Shown here: positions 49,712-62,856 of the stretch, piece by piece
Position numbering within the stretch: the first letter of the stretch is position 1
Layout of the letters: each line of letters opens with the position of its first letter
From: Geosiphon pyriformis uo1
Lineage: Eukaryota > Fungi > Glomeromycota
DNA: 64,000 nucleotides
Assembly (NCBI GenBank): GCA_016748015.1
Contig: JAAOMT010000608.1
Coordinates: 62,001 to 126,000 of the forward strand
Direction: 5' to 3'
Position numbers and translations under genes: made by a program
Notes under the pieces: generated by a model
What the model saw: only the letters and a program-made list of their open reading frames with translations
Told to the model about the DNA's origin: nothing
The model's database searches: none

Positions 49712-52700
49712 TGTTCTTTAATATATATGATTACTCTTTAACAAAAGTTTCATTACCTTTGAAACATTCAATAATTTTGCAAAAAATTGATTTAATTCAA
49801 TAATACAAAAAAAAAGAAAAATCAATTAATAAAAAAAGCTGCCATATTTTTGATAAACGATTATTATTGATTAGCTTAACAATTGAACAAACAATTTTTT
49901 TAAATAATATATTTTGCTGTTCGTTTAATAATTTTCAAAAAGTCAAATTTAACAGTTTTTTGAATTTTACATATAAAATAATTATTATTATATTATTATA
50001 ATTAAACCTTTATCATATTTTATGCTAAAAAACTATTTCATTTTGGAAAATCATAATTTTTTGAAACATATCACAAAATTTTACTTGATTTATAAAATAT
50101 GGCTTTTTAAAGCTTTGATATCCTGGCATCAAACCTTTTTTCTCAAAATCTTTGAGTAGAATCTTCAAACCCTTAAAGATTTTAAATTACCTTTTAATTT
50201 TTTGATTCTACATCAATGGTGTTTCATTTGTACCACATGTAATTTATTTAAAAAGTTCATAGAGATGCAGCGATTATTATCTACAAAAGATATAGTTTTA
50301 ATAATAAGCATTATAATAAAGAAAATAAAATTATTAAATTTTTATTTTAAACAATAACATACATTATATTTAACATAATCAACTGGTATTTTAAAAAATT
50401 GATTCAAGTAGTTTAGAGCAGGCATTTTGAGTATTTCTTTTTAGAAATGGTCATACATTTTTATATTTTCTCAATGTGTTTACGAATTCCCACATAATGA
50501 AAAATAGTCTCTTTTTTCAAATCAATTATATATTATAACCATTTTTATAACTTTTGTTTGCAAGTCACACTACTAATTTGAGAATAATTAAAAAATCTAT
50601 AAAATTTTCTTGTACTAATTCTGCCACTAGAATTCGAACGGAGCTAATCTTCCATCTTTCACCGCTAATCTTCCATCTTTCACCGCGAATCTTCCGAAAA
50701 TTAACATACTGGACAAGAGTTGTAGATTAATATGGTTCCATTTATTCTTTCCCACTTTCTTTCTTTCTTTCATTATTTATTATTGCTCAAACTTGACATC
50801 AATCAGGATAAAAATTGATTTTAAGCCTTATTTTAGTGTTGAAGATATTTGTCATTGTGATGATGAAAACTGAAGAAAAGAAAATACACCGTTACTGTGA
50901 ACAAGAAAAAGGCCACAAATATTACTATATTTGTAAGTAACAGGTGACAATATAATCATATGACACAAAAAATTAGGGTTGAACATCATTGAAATACATA
51001 TGTTGTGTTTTCTAGAATATCAAATTTAATTTGTTAAATCTGGCATTGTTTTGATTGCAAACGATTCCATATTTTTTTTACAGAAAATTTATAGAGAAAC
51101 AATAAACCTATAGATAACTAGAAAATTTGTGATAAGAAATTATTTTACATCTGTATTTTATCAAAGTTATCAGTTACGCCATCTATTTTGAAAAACAAAT
51201 AAGTTTGATTCAGAAATTAGTGTAAATTTTTTTTTTAAATACAAGGTTTTAAAGTTTGAATACAAAATAAGTTTAAACAATAATATTTTAAAGAGCTTTA
51301 TTAAAAATATATAATAAGATTAAAATATATATTCTTTAGTATTAATTTGATTTTGCTTTTCAATGTCAGCATGAATCATTGAATTTCATCCCAAATTTTG
51401 TATCAAGTTATTTTTTATTGTTAAGAATTAAATTTATTTTATTTTATTTTGCTTTATATATATATTATTTATAATTTTATAATTTTATAAATTTATAATT
51501 TTTTATTATATATATATTATTAAATATAATGTCCATTTCAAACTTAAAATTTAAATAATATTTTTATAAATAGAAATTTAATTTATATTTATTAATTAAA
51601 ACAGAAACAAAATTATATTTTTGTATTATAAAATTTATTCTTTGTTTTAAAATTTTTTTAAAAAAAAAAGAATCATAAAGTTTTATATTCATTTCATAAA
51701 TTTTCTGGTTTAAAAAAAAAAATGTTTCTTGTTATATTAGAAAACTTTTTAAAAAAAAAACTGGCCGAAATAAATATCAATCCTCGCATATTTTATTCAA
51801 AATAACCTTTAAAAGAAAAAAATTAATATTCCTATACTCAATATTAAATTTTTAATAATGAATATTCGTCATTATATTGAGTAATACAAATTTCTGACGA
51901 AAAGCCTAGTCAAAATTCTTGGACCGTTGCACAGTAAAATTTAGACATAATAGTATAACAGTTAATAGGGTTTGTTCAAGTTTGAAATAGATAAATAAAT
52001 ATATAACGACCAAAGAGAAGATGTATGATACAGCTTTATAGAATTGAATATATTTTCGAAAAATTTTTTCCATTAAAAATGCATGTATTTGGTCTCAAGA
52101 AATCCCGTTGCATGAGGATTGACACCAATTAAAAGGATTCTGACGGAAAAAAAAAAGTCGAGTATTTCGATTGAAAAATGTAAAGATCAAGTATCATATG
52201 AAGATTCTGTATCAAAAAATAATGGCAGTAAATGGAAAGAAAAATATATTAATGCAAATAACTGGTTTCAATTAATTACGCGAGAAGCTTCTTTTATTTT
52301 ATCAAGTTGCAAGCAAGCCTTAGTCGAAGGTCACACAAACCCACAGCAATCAGAAATCTGCAATGCAATGCACTGCACTAAACTAAACTATGCATAATGG
52401 CATACTCAATATGTTTCAATTTAAGTATTATGCTCAAATATGCCTAATTAAAACTTGGAAAAATGTATTGATTTACTAAAAAAGATTTTCTAGAAAAGGT
52501 AATGGCGTCTACCAAAATCCCATTATTTTGCCCCTTAAAGGTAAAAATATCTTTACATTGTTTCCATCAAATGAGTATTTTTGCTAATTAGTTTTGAATC
52601 ATAAATTTGCATTGCCTGAATTATACGGGGCGTACTGCAACAAAACCAGACAAAGTGAATATGTAGAATAAAAACAGTCAGGAAAATTAAAAAAATTAAA

Positions 52701-53946
52701 ATCTCTTTCCTTACCATATTCATTCATTTGCAAGGTTGTACCTTGTGTGATTGGCATCGCGGCGAAAAGAAGAAAGTAGTTAGTGGTCAGAGGAAAGGAT
52801 GATGGAAAGAGCAAACTTCACCGCCGCGTTTGCATCTCTTCCTCTTATGACTATTTCCAGCTATCTTGGTGACAGCCGGGATAACAACGATGGTATTCAG
52901 AGTGCTGAGGAGGAAGCCAGTGAAAGACAAAGATAAAGCCTTTTTAATAACCAAAGCCATAATTGCTTGATATTCACTTTGTCTGGTTGTGTTGCAGCAA
53001 GTAATGAATCATATTTCCCATTATCTTATTGATAAAATGAAATTGATCAACTTTTAAAGTGTCACTTTGTGTGGTTTGTTGCAGCACGCCCCATATAATA
53101 TTTCACGTAGAATGAAATCATATCTAATAAACCAACCTTAAAAATTATCTTGGACCGATGAAAAAAACAAACCTTAATCAATAAAATCTAACACAAAATT
53201 CATTTGGACATTTGGATACTCAAGAACACATCAATGGCTTAAATTTCCTCAAAGTCATCATGATTTTTATAGTTACATTTATACATGCATATCCTCAAAA
53301 TTTTATTGTTGTTGTTGTTGTTTCATTTTATATGAAACAAACCAATTGTATCTCAAAGATTCAGCAAATATATTCTAGAAGAAATCGCGAAAAACTAAAG
53401 TTAATTGAGTCTTGAATCAATGGGGGAGGAAAAAATCGAAATTTCTTTTAAAAATGAATGAAAACTTTTTGAGGCGTACTTACCTTTGCATTAACGCATC
53501 TCCTGACGTATTAAGTTGCATATTCAATCATTTTAATGCAGCGATAACGTTCCTTCAAGTTTAAAATTATTGCTGTTGTAAGAGTGTTAATATTGAAAAA
53601 AAAAAGCCGTGAGAGATTTTTTTCACTCGGAAACGACAAACAGCGACAATGGTAATAGCAGGGCCCCTTTTCAGCCCTACTTTACGAAATTGGAAAGGCA
53701 GGGTAATATGCTAGCTGCGACCTTCAATTTTAAATTTACCTCGTACAGTTTTATAGTTTTTCTGTGGTTATGATTACCTGCATTTCTTTTCAAATACAAA
53801 AGTTGTTTCCTGCGACAAAAAACATTTTTAATCAAAATACTCAGTGATCAATTTTTTACAAACTCCAAATCAATTTAGTCCCCATTAACTCTGTCTGGTG
53901 CGCTTCTACCTTCTAAAAATCTTTACTTTTGACTATCATTTTCAAA

Positions 53947-55272
53947 ATGCCTTCAATACATTTATCTCAACAAGTGCATATATCGCATAAAAATAAAGAT
54001 ATCAAGAAAATACAGGGAGAAGTGGCTTCATTAAGAATAACAACAACAACAACAATACCAACAAGTCAAGAAACGCTTGGTCTATTGAATAAACTCGCAA
54101 AAATTTTTTTAAAATCTGTAGACAAAGGCGATAGTTGGGAGGTGATTACGACAGAAATCAATGAATACCTAAAAGGAAATAAAATACACCCAAGAACATT
54201 ATTAGATTTACTAAATAAACAATCATATCGACGTCAATTTAAAATTTTATTGGGTTACTGTTTTGAACGAGAAATCGGATACAAGGACGAACAGCAAGCC
54301 TTCATCTCTTATAAAATTGCGTCGGAAAACAATTATTCTTATGGTCATTTATTTCTTGCTCATTGTTATGAAAAAGGAATTGGGACTTCAATTGACTCGG
54401 TACTAGCATTTGAATTTTATAAAAAATCAGCCTCGGAAGGTAACCCCACGGGACAATTCTTGTTAGCTCGATGTTATGACGCAGGTTTCGGAACAGCCAA
54501 AGACATGCTGAAAGCCTTTGAATGGTATTTGATATCGGCCAACTCTGGTAACTTGTGTGCACAAAATAATCTTGGCTACTGCTATTGGAACGGTGACGGA
54601 ACCCCAAAAGATGTGACAAGTGCCTTCTATTGGTATAAAAAATCAGCGGTAGGTGGAAATGCTGCTGGTCTATATAATCTTGGCAGATGTTACGAGAATG
54701 GCATTGGGACGACGAAAGACGATCAGATAGCTTTTGAATGTTATCAAAAATCGGCAGAAGGTGATGATCCAAGTGGACAATATCGTGTTGGGGTTTGTTA
54801 CGAAAAAGCTTTTGGAACATCATGCAATCACATCAAAGCTTTCTTTTGGTATCAAAAATCTGCAAAAAATGGTGATCCCAACGGGCAATGCCATCTCGGC
54901 TATGCTTACGTGAATGGAATTGGTACTAACAAGAATTTTCCCAAAGCTTTTGAGTGGTTTCAGAGATCGGCACAAAACGGTGATGCGGCTGGAATGATGG
55001 CTGTTGGTTATTGTTATCAAAACGGAATCGGGATTTCAAAAGATCTGTCAAAAGCGTTTCAATGGTATTTAAAATCCGCAGAAGCTGGCGATATCATTGG
55101 ACAATATAATTTAGCGAATTGTTACAAGTATGGTTGGGGAACTAAATTTAACCTTCAGGAAGCGACAAGTTGGTTTCAAAAAGCGGCCGATAATGGGGAT
55201 CAGGCTGGACAGAAAGAACTTGAAGAACTTTATCCGGCTGTGATGCAATATCTTAACGTGAGAGAGATTTAA
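53947..55272 (+). CDS. Sel1-like repeat (SLR) protein, intronless, about 9 repeats
   Basis: Eight clear 36-aa repeats of the type AQYNLGxCYxxGxGxxKDxxxAFxWYxKSAxxG plus one degenerate repeat; ATG at 53947 in AAAATG context. Confidence 0.95.
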   Translation: MPSIHLSQQVHISHKNKDIKKIQGEVASLRITTTTTIPTSQETLGLLNKLAKIFLKSVDKGDSWEVITTEINEYLKGNKIHPRTLLDLLNKQSYRRQFKILLGYCFEREIGYKDEQQAFISYKIASENNYSYGHLFLAHCYEKGIGTSIDSVLAFEFYKKSASEGNPTGQFLLARCYDAGFGTAKDMLKAFEWYLISANSGNLCAQNNLGYCYWNGDGTPKDVTSAFYWYKKSAVGGNAAGLYNLGRCYENGIGTTKDDQIAFECYQKSAEGDDPSGQYRVGVCYEKAFGTSCNHIKAFFWYQKSAKNGDPNGQCHLGYAYVNGIGTNKNFPKAFEWFQRSAQNGDAAGMMAVGYCYQNGIGISKDLSKAFQWYLKSAEAGDIIGQYNLANCYKYGWGTKFNLQEATSWFQKAADNGDQAGQKELEELYPAVMQYLNVREI

Positions 55273-56575
55273 TATAATAATTTTTACAGTTTTCTATTTC
55301 CTCGGCTGATTCTAATTTCATCATTTCAATCGTCATTTTCAGCAGCGAGAATTAAATAGATGCCCAACTTCTAACTCATCAGCTGAGATCATTACCACCC
55401 GGAACAACAATAGCCGAGTTCCATCCCGCCGACATAAACGTAAAAGAAAGCAAGCATTGAAAAAATGATTACCCATTGGTTTTCAATTTGAATTTTATTT
55501 TAAAAAAAATTCATTTCGGTATAATTCAATATTCAGTGAAAAGAGCACGAATATTTCCATTGTATTATAGATTTTGATTTTTCAATCAGGCCAAATTTTA
55601 CTCCTCTTGAACTTTCCAGGGTGCCAAAGGTTTGCTTTTAGTTTATTTGCATTAAAAAACAGGTGGCCAACCATTTTTCATCAACAAACATTTTTTTTCT
55701 CACACTAAAGTAATTCTGATGCTAGAGAGACAACAGATTGTTAAAAAAACTTGGGTTTGCTAATTATTTTTCAGTAAAAACTTAATCGTAAGAAGCAGGG
55801 ATAACCTAAAGATTCCCTGCCATGATTACTCAATCATTTCTAACTTTAAAATCAATGCGTATAAAAATATGAAATTCTCAAGTGCAACGCCAAAAAAAAA
55901 TTACGGTTAGGCTCTCTGTCCCATTTAATATAAAATTTTTTAGGTTTAATATGATATAATATGATATGATGTGATATGATTTTTAGATTTGAAAATAATG
56001 ATAACACCATACTAACCATTTCCTCGTTGTTGATTTCATATGTGACAAATCTAGAAAATAAACAAAAGATTGTTATAAACCTTTGGGTTAAGAATTCGAA
56101 CAAAAAGACTTTTTACTCGCATAAATTTTATTATTAAAAATTTTTAATCCCATGACAAATAAGGAAAAAAGCATGTTTATCTATTTTCGCAGAAAAAACT
56201 TGGGTTATTTAGCCGATAACTTTAAATTTTTATTATAGACACAGAATTAGGGTATTTTACCTAGAAATGAATAATCAAGTTTTTATATTTCAAAGTTTTT
56301 TAGGAAACCATAAAATAATTTCCGGTTTTTAATTTGGTTCAAAAGTTGTACCATGTTGTATTAACAAAAAAATTTTTTTTGTAATAATAAATAAGTTTTT
56401 ATTTTATATTTTTTTTTTTTTACCAAAAGAGATTAGACGGTTAAAAAAAATATATGTTTTTTTTCAGTTTCACACGTATGAAGCATTTTTTTAATGTAAT
56501 GATTGGTTGTTTGCTTGCCAAGTTTTGACCTTGAAGTATAAAAAAAATTATTTGAATATTTGAAATATTTGAAAT

Positions 56576-56806
56576 AAAAATAAAATTTATATAATGAAAC
56601 GAAATAAAAAATAGCAAGAATGATAATTATAAAAAAATAAAATTTATATTATGAAACGAAATAAAAAATAGCAAGAATGATAATTATAAAAAAATAAAAT
56701 TTATATAATGAAACGAAATAAAAAATAGCAAGAATGATATTTATAAAAAAATAAAATTTATATAATGAAACGAAATAAAAAATAGCAAGAATGATATTTA
56801 TAAAAA
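56576..56806. repeat. 57-bp AT-rich minisatellite, 4 copies
   Basis: ATGAAACGAAAT recurs at 56594, 56651, 56708 and 56765. Confidence 0.95.
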
Positions 56807-58549
56807 AAAAATTTTTTAAAATTTTGTAAAAGAAAAAGATTTTGAATAAAATTTGCTTGTTCTTGAGCTTTAAAGTATAATTTATCCTAAATTAGAAAAA
56901 AATATCTAAAACTTAGAATTAAGTATAAAATGAAAATTATTTCAAATTATTTCAAATTCTTTGATAAGATTAATTATTTTTTAAAATTTAAACAGTTTAA
57001 TAAAAGTTTAAACAAGTAAATAGACATTTTTTTTAGAAAATAGAAACTTGTGATTATTATTTATAATTATAAAGTAATAAATTATTTTTAGAATTAAAAA
57101 TTCTTAAAAATAATAATTCATTTTTATTAATTAAAATAGTTTTTTAAAACAAAATATATTATATTAACAAGAATTAATTTATTAATGAATCAATTAAGTA
57201 TTAATTAAAAATATTATTGAAATAAATATTTGATTTTTTGAATTAAAATTTAATTTTTAAAAAAACAAAAATGTATATTTTATTAATTTTCAAAAATTTG
57301 AAAACAAAAAAAAAATTTTATTTAATATTTTAAAAATAAAAATAAAATATAATTTCAAAAATAATATATAATTAATTTTATTTAAACCATTTTTATATAT
57401 TACTTATAAAAAAATACCAATAAAAAAATATTTCTTAAAAATATTTTTTAATAAAAAAAAAAATTTTTTTTTTTTTTTTCACAAAAAAAAAAAAAAAAGT
57501 AAAATAAATAAATTTTACAAATTATTATAGAGAGAGATTAAAATATTAATTTTCGGAAATAATTAAAATCATAATTATATATTGTTTGAAACGGAACCTA
57601 AAGAAAAAAAATACTTTTAATCCAGGAATTAATTAAAATAAAAAATTCTTATTTTATACATTTAAAAAAAAATAGAATTTATAGAAAAATGATAAAGAAA
57701 AAAAAAACCAAAAGTGTCAATAATTTCGATAAAATAAGATTTTAATCATGAAAACTTTTTTTGTAATAATATGTATATCATTTCATTTAATAAAACTTTT
57801 CGTTGAAACCAATTATTTAATTTTTTTTAATGCTTTCAAAAAATTATCTTTTTTACAGGGATAAAAATATAGATACAGATATATAGATATAGTCAAAAAG
57901 TGACAACATCTTTCAAGCAATGGAATTCAAAAAAGAAATTTAGAATAGAAAATTTTTTCGCATACTTTTCAAATCAAAATAAATATTACATGTACGATAT
58001 ACTATGACATGGTTAAAATTAAATAAAATAAAAATAAAAATAAAATCAAAATCAAAATTTATATACCTAAAAATATTTTTCATCTTTGGCTTATACAAAA
58101 TTGTGTTGTATTATGAGGAAATGTTTAAAAATTCATAAAAAATTACTTTTGGAAAACTAAGAAAAATAACTAATTTTGCCATTTGCTTTAAAGCTTTCGT
58201 GACCCAAATATTGTGTACAATATTAGAAAAAAAGAGAAAAAAGAGAAAAAAAGGAAAAATATAGACAAGAAATTTAGGTTTTTAAAGAAAAATTAGGTTA
58301 CTTTTATGGGCCCTTATGGGGATAGTGTGAAAATATTTGATATCAAAAGAGATAAATCTCCATTATTAAATCGGAAGGTTTAATTTAAAGCTTATATTAG
58401 TTGGAATTTCTAAAATTAAAATTTTTTGATTGTAATTTTGATTCGACACCAAATGAGGTGATAGAAAAAAAATAATAAGGTGATTGTGGACCTATAGAGT
58501 GGTTTTTTTTGACTATGAAATTATTCATGTCCAAAAAAGATTTTATATT

Positions 58550-58568
58550 TAATAATAATAATAATAAT

Positions 58569-58614
<46 letters not shown>

Positions 58615-58635
58615 TTGTTGTTGTTGTTGTTGTTG
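58550..58635. repeat. (AAT)n/(GTT)n compound microsatellite
   Basis: Simple repeats that generate spurious poly-N and poly-I ORFs. Confidence 0.9.
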
Positions 58636-58786
58636 ATGATAATTATAATAATGATAATAATGATGTATTTGCTCTGTTTGTTAGAGAGCTTTTGAAAGTG
58701 GGGAATTTTGATCAAATTAAGTTTACGATAAGTATATAACTTCATGTAATTGATTTTTAGTCATCATCCATCAAGATCACATTCAA

Positions 58787-59137
58787 TCAGTTACCGTCAT
58801 CGGAAGAGGAAGGTGAGGGAAATTCAGCACCAACCAACAAAGGCAAATCAGCGGTACGAACCAATACAGGACGATACCCATCAGGGATCCAATACATTTG
58901 ACCTAAAGTGTTTTGCCCATTACAATTAATATGTTTTGTTTTGCAATTTTGGAGTTGGGAATTTTTCTGTTGCAAATGAGAAACATTTATTTTTTCGCCA
59001 GAAATATTATTTTCATTATGATCACCGTTTTCTTGGGGAAAGATGATGACTTCGTATTCCAAATTGTTTCTATTCCTTGCGTTAAGAGCAGAGATGGAAG
59101 TTTGATTAATTTCAGGATGAGTATTTGTTGAAGGCAT
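58787..59137 (-). CDS. Small hypothetical protein (116 aa)
   Basis: AAAATG start; TATATAA about 250 nt upstream; (AAC)n 5' UTR; GC-richer C-terminal part YWIPDGYRPVLVRTADLP. No recognised family. Confidence 0.55.
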   Translation of the reverse strand: MPSTNTHPEINQTSISALNARNRNNLEYEVIIFPQENGDHNENNISGEKINVSHLQQKNSQLQNCKTKHINCNGQNTLGQMYWIPDGYRPVLVRTADLPLLVGAEFPSPSSSDDGN

Positions 59138-60057
59138 TTTTGTTGAAAAAGGTATGTTTTGTGGTTGTTGTTGTTGTTGTTGTTGTTGTTAAGTTGAAAG
59201 TTCTTGTTATTAAGTTGAAAATTGTTGTTGTTAAGTTGAAAGTTGATGAAAATTTCAAAGTTTTTTAATTTTGCGTATTGAGATTCTTTGATTTCTTTTA
59301 AATAACTATTTTCACACAATTTTAATTGTGAATGTGATTGATAATGATAAAATTAATTTTTTAAAAGAAAGGATCAATGCTCCTTATATATAACTAAAAT
59401 TCTTTTAGAATTTCAAATTTATAATACCAAGGAGAAGAAGTAAGCACTAATCAAAATTGATATAATTTCAATTTTGATACTACTAGGGTAATCTGCAATT
59501 GTATTACTTTTTTATAAATACAAAAAAACCCCCCCCCCCTCCCCCCACTATTAATTTATTTCTTTGTGTTTATTTTTTTTTTTGTTCCGAATACTAAGTA
59601 ATCTGTGTCACGAATATTTTTTGGTTGTTCACAATATAATAAAAAAAGAAATTAGAAACAAGAAAAAATTTAGGTGTGAACAAATTCAAATGATGGTGCT
59701 TTGTTCTAGTGCACAGGCCTTTGTATTTTTTATGGAAAATTTATTTGCGGATCGATGTACATTATATTTAAAAAAAATTTTAGTGTTTAAATTAATTCTC
59801 TTTGGTCTATGTATTTTTTTTTAGATTACTCATGGGCCTTAATGATGCATAATACAGCATGAAAATCCGTTCGTGTGGATCAATTTATCAAAAAAATAGT
59901 TGTACACCGAAGCCCGAAATGGTAGACAGGATATCACTTGTGCACAACGTAAGCACCGATGATATATGTTCTTTTCCTTCCTGTTCGATAATTTTCTTCT
60001 TGTCTTCTCTACTTGAATTAACAATTTATTTAATATTTTCCAATTCTATTTCAAAAG

Positions 60058-60058
<1 letters not shown>

Positions 60059-60114
<56 letters not shown>
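60059..60114. repeat. (AAT)n microsatellite
   Basis: Perfect run. Confidence 0.95.
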
Positions 60115-60115
<1 letters not shown>

Positions 60116-61532
60116 TTTATAAGTTTCAATTCAATAATGTAGAGCATGTGGTTTTTGCCTAGTTGAATGGAGAATTTTTTGTTTGTTTTGAAATTCGAAA
60201 CAGGACCTTTTAAAATAACATGACATGATTAGTTTCATAAAAAACAAAATAATCAGATCAAAGAATTGATCTTCTATTATTATGATTCTTTTATTTTATT
60301 GTTCGAAAAATTACCTTTTTCATTTCTATTTCAATTTCTAATTCTAATTCTAATTCTAAACTAGACAAAAGATCCTGAATAATCACAAAAAATTTGTATT
60401 AGATTATACAAAGAGTTATATATACATTAGATTTATTAAACAATGAATATTTATCTTCCTTTGCTGATAATAAATCATCAAGGACTCAAAAAAAGAGAAC
60501 AGAATAAGACAGAATTCTTGTAAAACAATGATAACCTAATAACCAACTTGGTCAGTAATATCTATTTTTTACATATAATTATTAAATGTATGAGGATAAG
60601 AATATTTGCTCAAAAAAACCCCCTCCCACCCCCCCCCCCCAAAACCACCTCTTCCCTCTTTTCCCCACTTTAAATTCTGAATCTTCTTTTTTTTTTGCAA
60701 CGTTCTTCACAAAAAAGTTAAACACTTGTCATTGCAATTACTAGCACTGTTCATCATAATAAGATTTCTCTTTTAAGTATCAAATCTGAAATATATAAAA
60801 AAGATGATTTTACTAAATCTGGTTGGGAAGTTTTACTCATGCACGAACTGGGCGTCAAGAAGTGAATCAATTCAATCTTTACACTGTCTGTATTTCTAAC
60901 ACAAAAATGATTAAATTGTAAGCTTTTGGTAATTTTGATTTTAAAAAATTTTTTTAAAAATCAAACTCTGGAACTTTTTCTATTTTACTAATGATCAATA
61001 ATAATAGGAAAACCATGGTCAATAATGAAAGATTTTTAAAGTATGTTCACGTTTTAGATTAATTAATGAACATTTTTGCATGTTGAATAGATAAAAATGG
61101 CAACAACAAATTGCAACAACAAATATCAAGCTATGATTTACTGTGAACAATTCTTATTCTTTTTATTTATCAAAGGGGGAAGGGGGTGAAGATTTTCTTT
61201 GGACAAATATATTTGAAAAACTATTCATTCAATTAAAAGAAAGTTAAAAAAAAGGTTAAACTTTAAAAGAAAAAATAGACACAGGATCATGAAAATTATT
61301 GTTTAATATAAACCTTTTGAAATAAATAAAAAATAGCAAAACCCGTATTTGAATCATTTGACAAATTTCAATTTGTAAAAGCCCTCGAGGAATGTATCAC
61401 CAAAGTGAAACTCATGGGAAAAAAACTAAAAAAAATTTCATTTGGAATAATAGATTTTTTCTTTTTCAAGAAGATCAATCTTTTACGCGAAATCATGTCT
61501 TACCATGTAAAAGCTGACAAATATTTTAATAC

Positions 61533-61533
<1 letters not shown>

Positions 61534-61573
<40 letters not shown>
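61534..61573. repeat. (TATC)n microsatellite
   Basis: Perfect tetranucleotide run. Confidence 0.95.
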
Positions 61574-62472
61574 ATTTATATACGTTACAGTAATCATCAT
61601 TTTTATATAGATTCTAAGATAATTCATTGCATCTTTCACCTCTCAATTACACACAAATTTCCAAGAAAAAAAAAATTCTGTAAAGAAAAATTTGAAAAAT
61701 CCTGCAATAGTGCTAAAATGGTTCGTTGTATGATTAGAGTTCTTTGATTTTCTGGAGTTTTTCTCGAGTAGCATTATCGTAATATCGATATATTTTTTTC
61801 TTAATTAGGGGGGGGGGGGGAAATTTGATGAGAAATAACATCTTATCAAAACGTTTTTGTCACAACCCTTTTGAACTTTGATACATTTCTATTTCATGAT
61901 CAATGATAATAATAAAACTCTTAAGATAAAAGATATTTTTTTTCCAATTAAATGTATATAAAACATTAAAAAAAAACTATCACCTAGTAATTTTTGGGAA
62001 TACAAAAAAATAAGTTTCACTATGAATTAATTATGGGATACAAATTTTTCAGAGAAATTTTTATTATTACATGTTGATTTTTAAAGTTTCGTTAAAAATT
62101 TTTACTTTTTTCAGCCATTTATCGAATCTTCTCACATATGATTGCCAAATATTTTTGTCTAGTTTGGAAATATTCATGTTGTGAAAAACTTTTTCTCATT
62201 CGCCTACTCTGTTTAATAAAAATCTCCTTTTTCGTTAAAATGTATGGGGAAAGAAAAAAAAAAGGTAACCAGTCAGTTACAATTTTAATTTATAATATTT
62301 TTTAGTCTATATTCAAGGTTCTTTATATATATATTGGGAAACCTAGAAACCTTTTCTAGGACAATGTTAAAAAAGTTTTTAAGGGTATATAGCATTTTTG
62401 TTCATTGTTCTTTTCTTATTTTAGATAAACTTGTATGATATATTTCTGCATCGCAAAAATTCAATGATTCAT

Positions 62473-62545
62473 GATGTTGTTTATGTTGTTGATGTTGTTT
62501 ATGTTGTTTATGTTGTTTATGTTGTTTATGTTGTTTATGTTGATG
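62473..62545. repeat. 9-bp tandem repeat (ATGTTGTTT)n
   Basis: About 8 copies. Confidence 0.9.
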
Positions 62546-62787
62546 ATGTGATGAATTTTTTGAAGATATCAACGAGAACTAAAAATTACATGTACATTAA
62601 ACAGATTTAGCATGAGAAAATATGCATGGTAACCAATGGTTTTCCAAAATTAGTTTTCATTAATTTTTTCATATTGTTCATTTTCCCCATTTATCCCAAT
62701 GTTTATTTTAAAATCACGGGTGAGTACGAAGCTTTGAAAAATGTTTATCTTTATTGTAGGGGATGATGCATGCCAATTATTTGTTGA

Positions 62788-62802
62788 ATTATTATTATTA
62801 TA

Positions 62803-62856
<54 letters not shown>
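62788..62856. repeat. (ATT)n microsatellite
   Basis: Near-perfect run. Confidence 0.95.

Noticed and set aside
54302-55020. Minus-strand ORFs of 173 and 66 aa
   Set aside because: Antisense shadows of the Sel1-repeat gene.
58509-58745. Poly-Asn/Val and poly-Ile ORFs
   Set aside because: Produced by (AAT)n/(GTT)n microsatellites.
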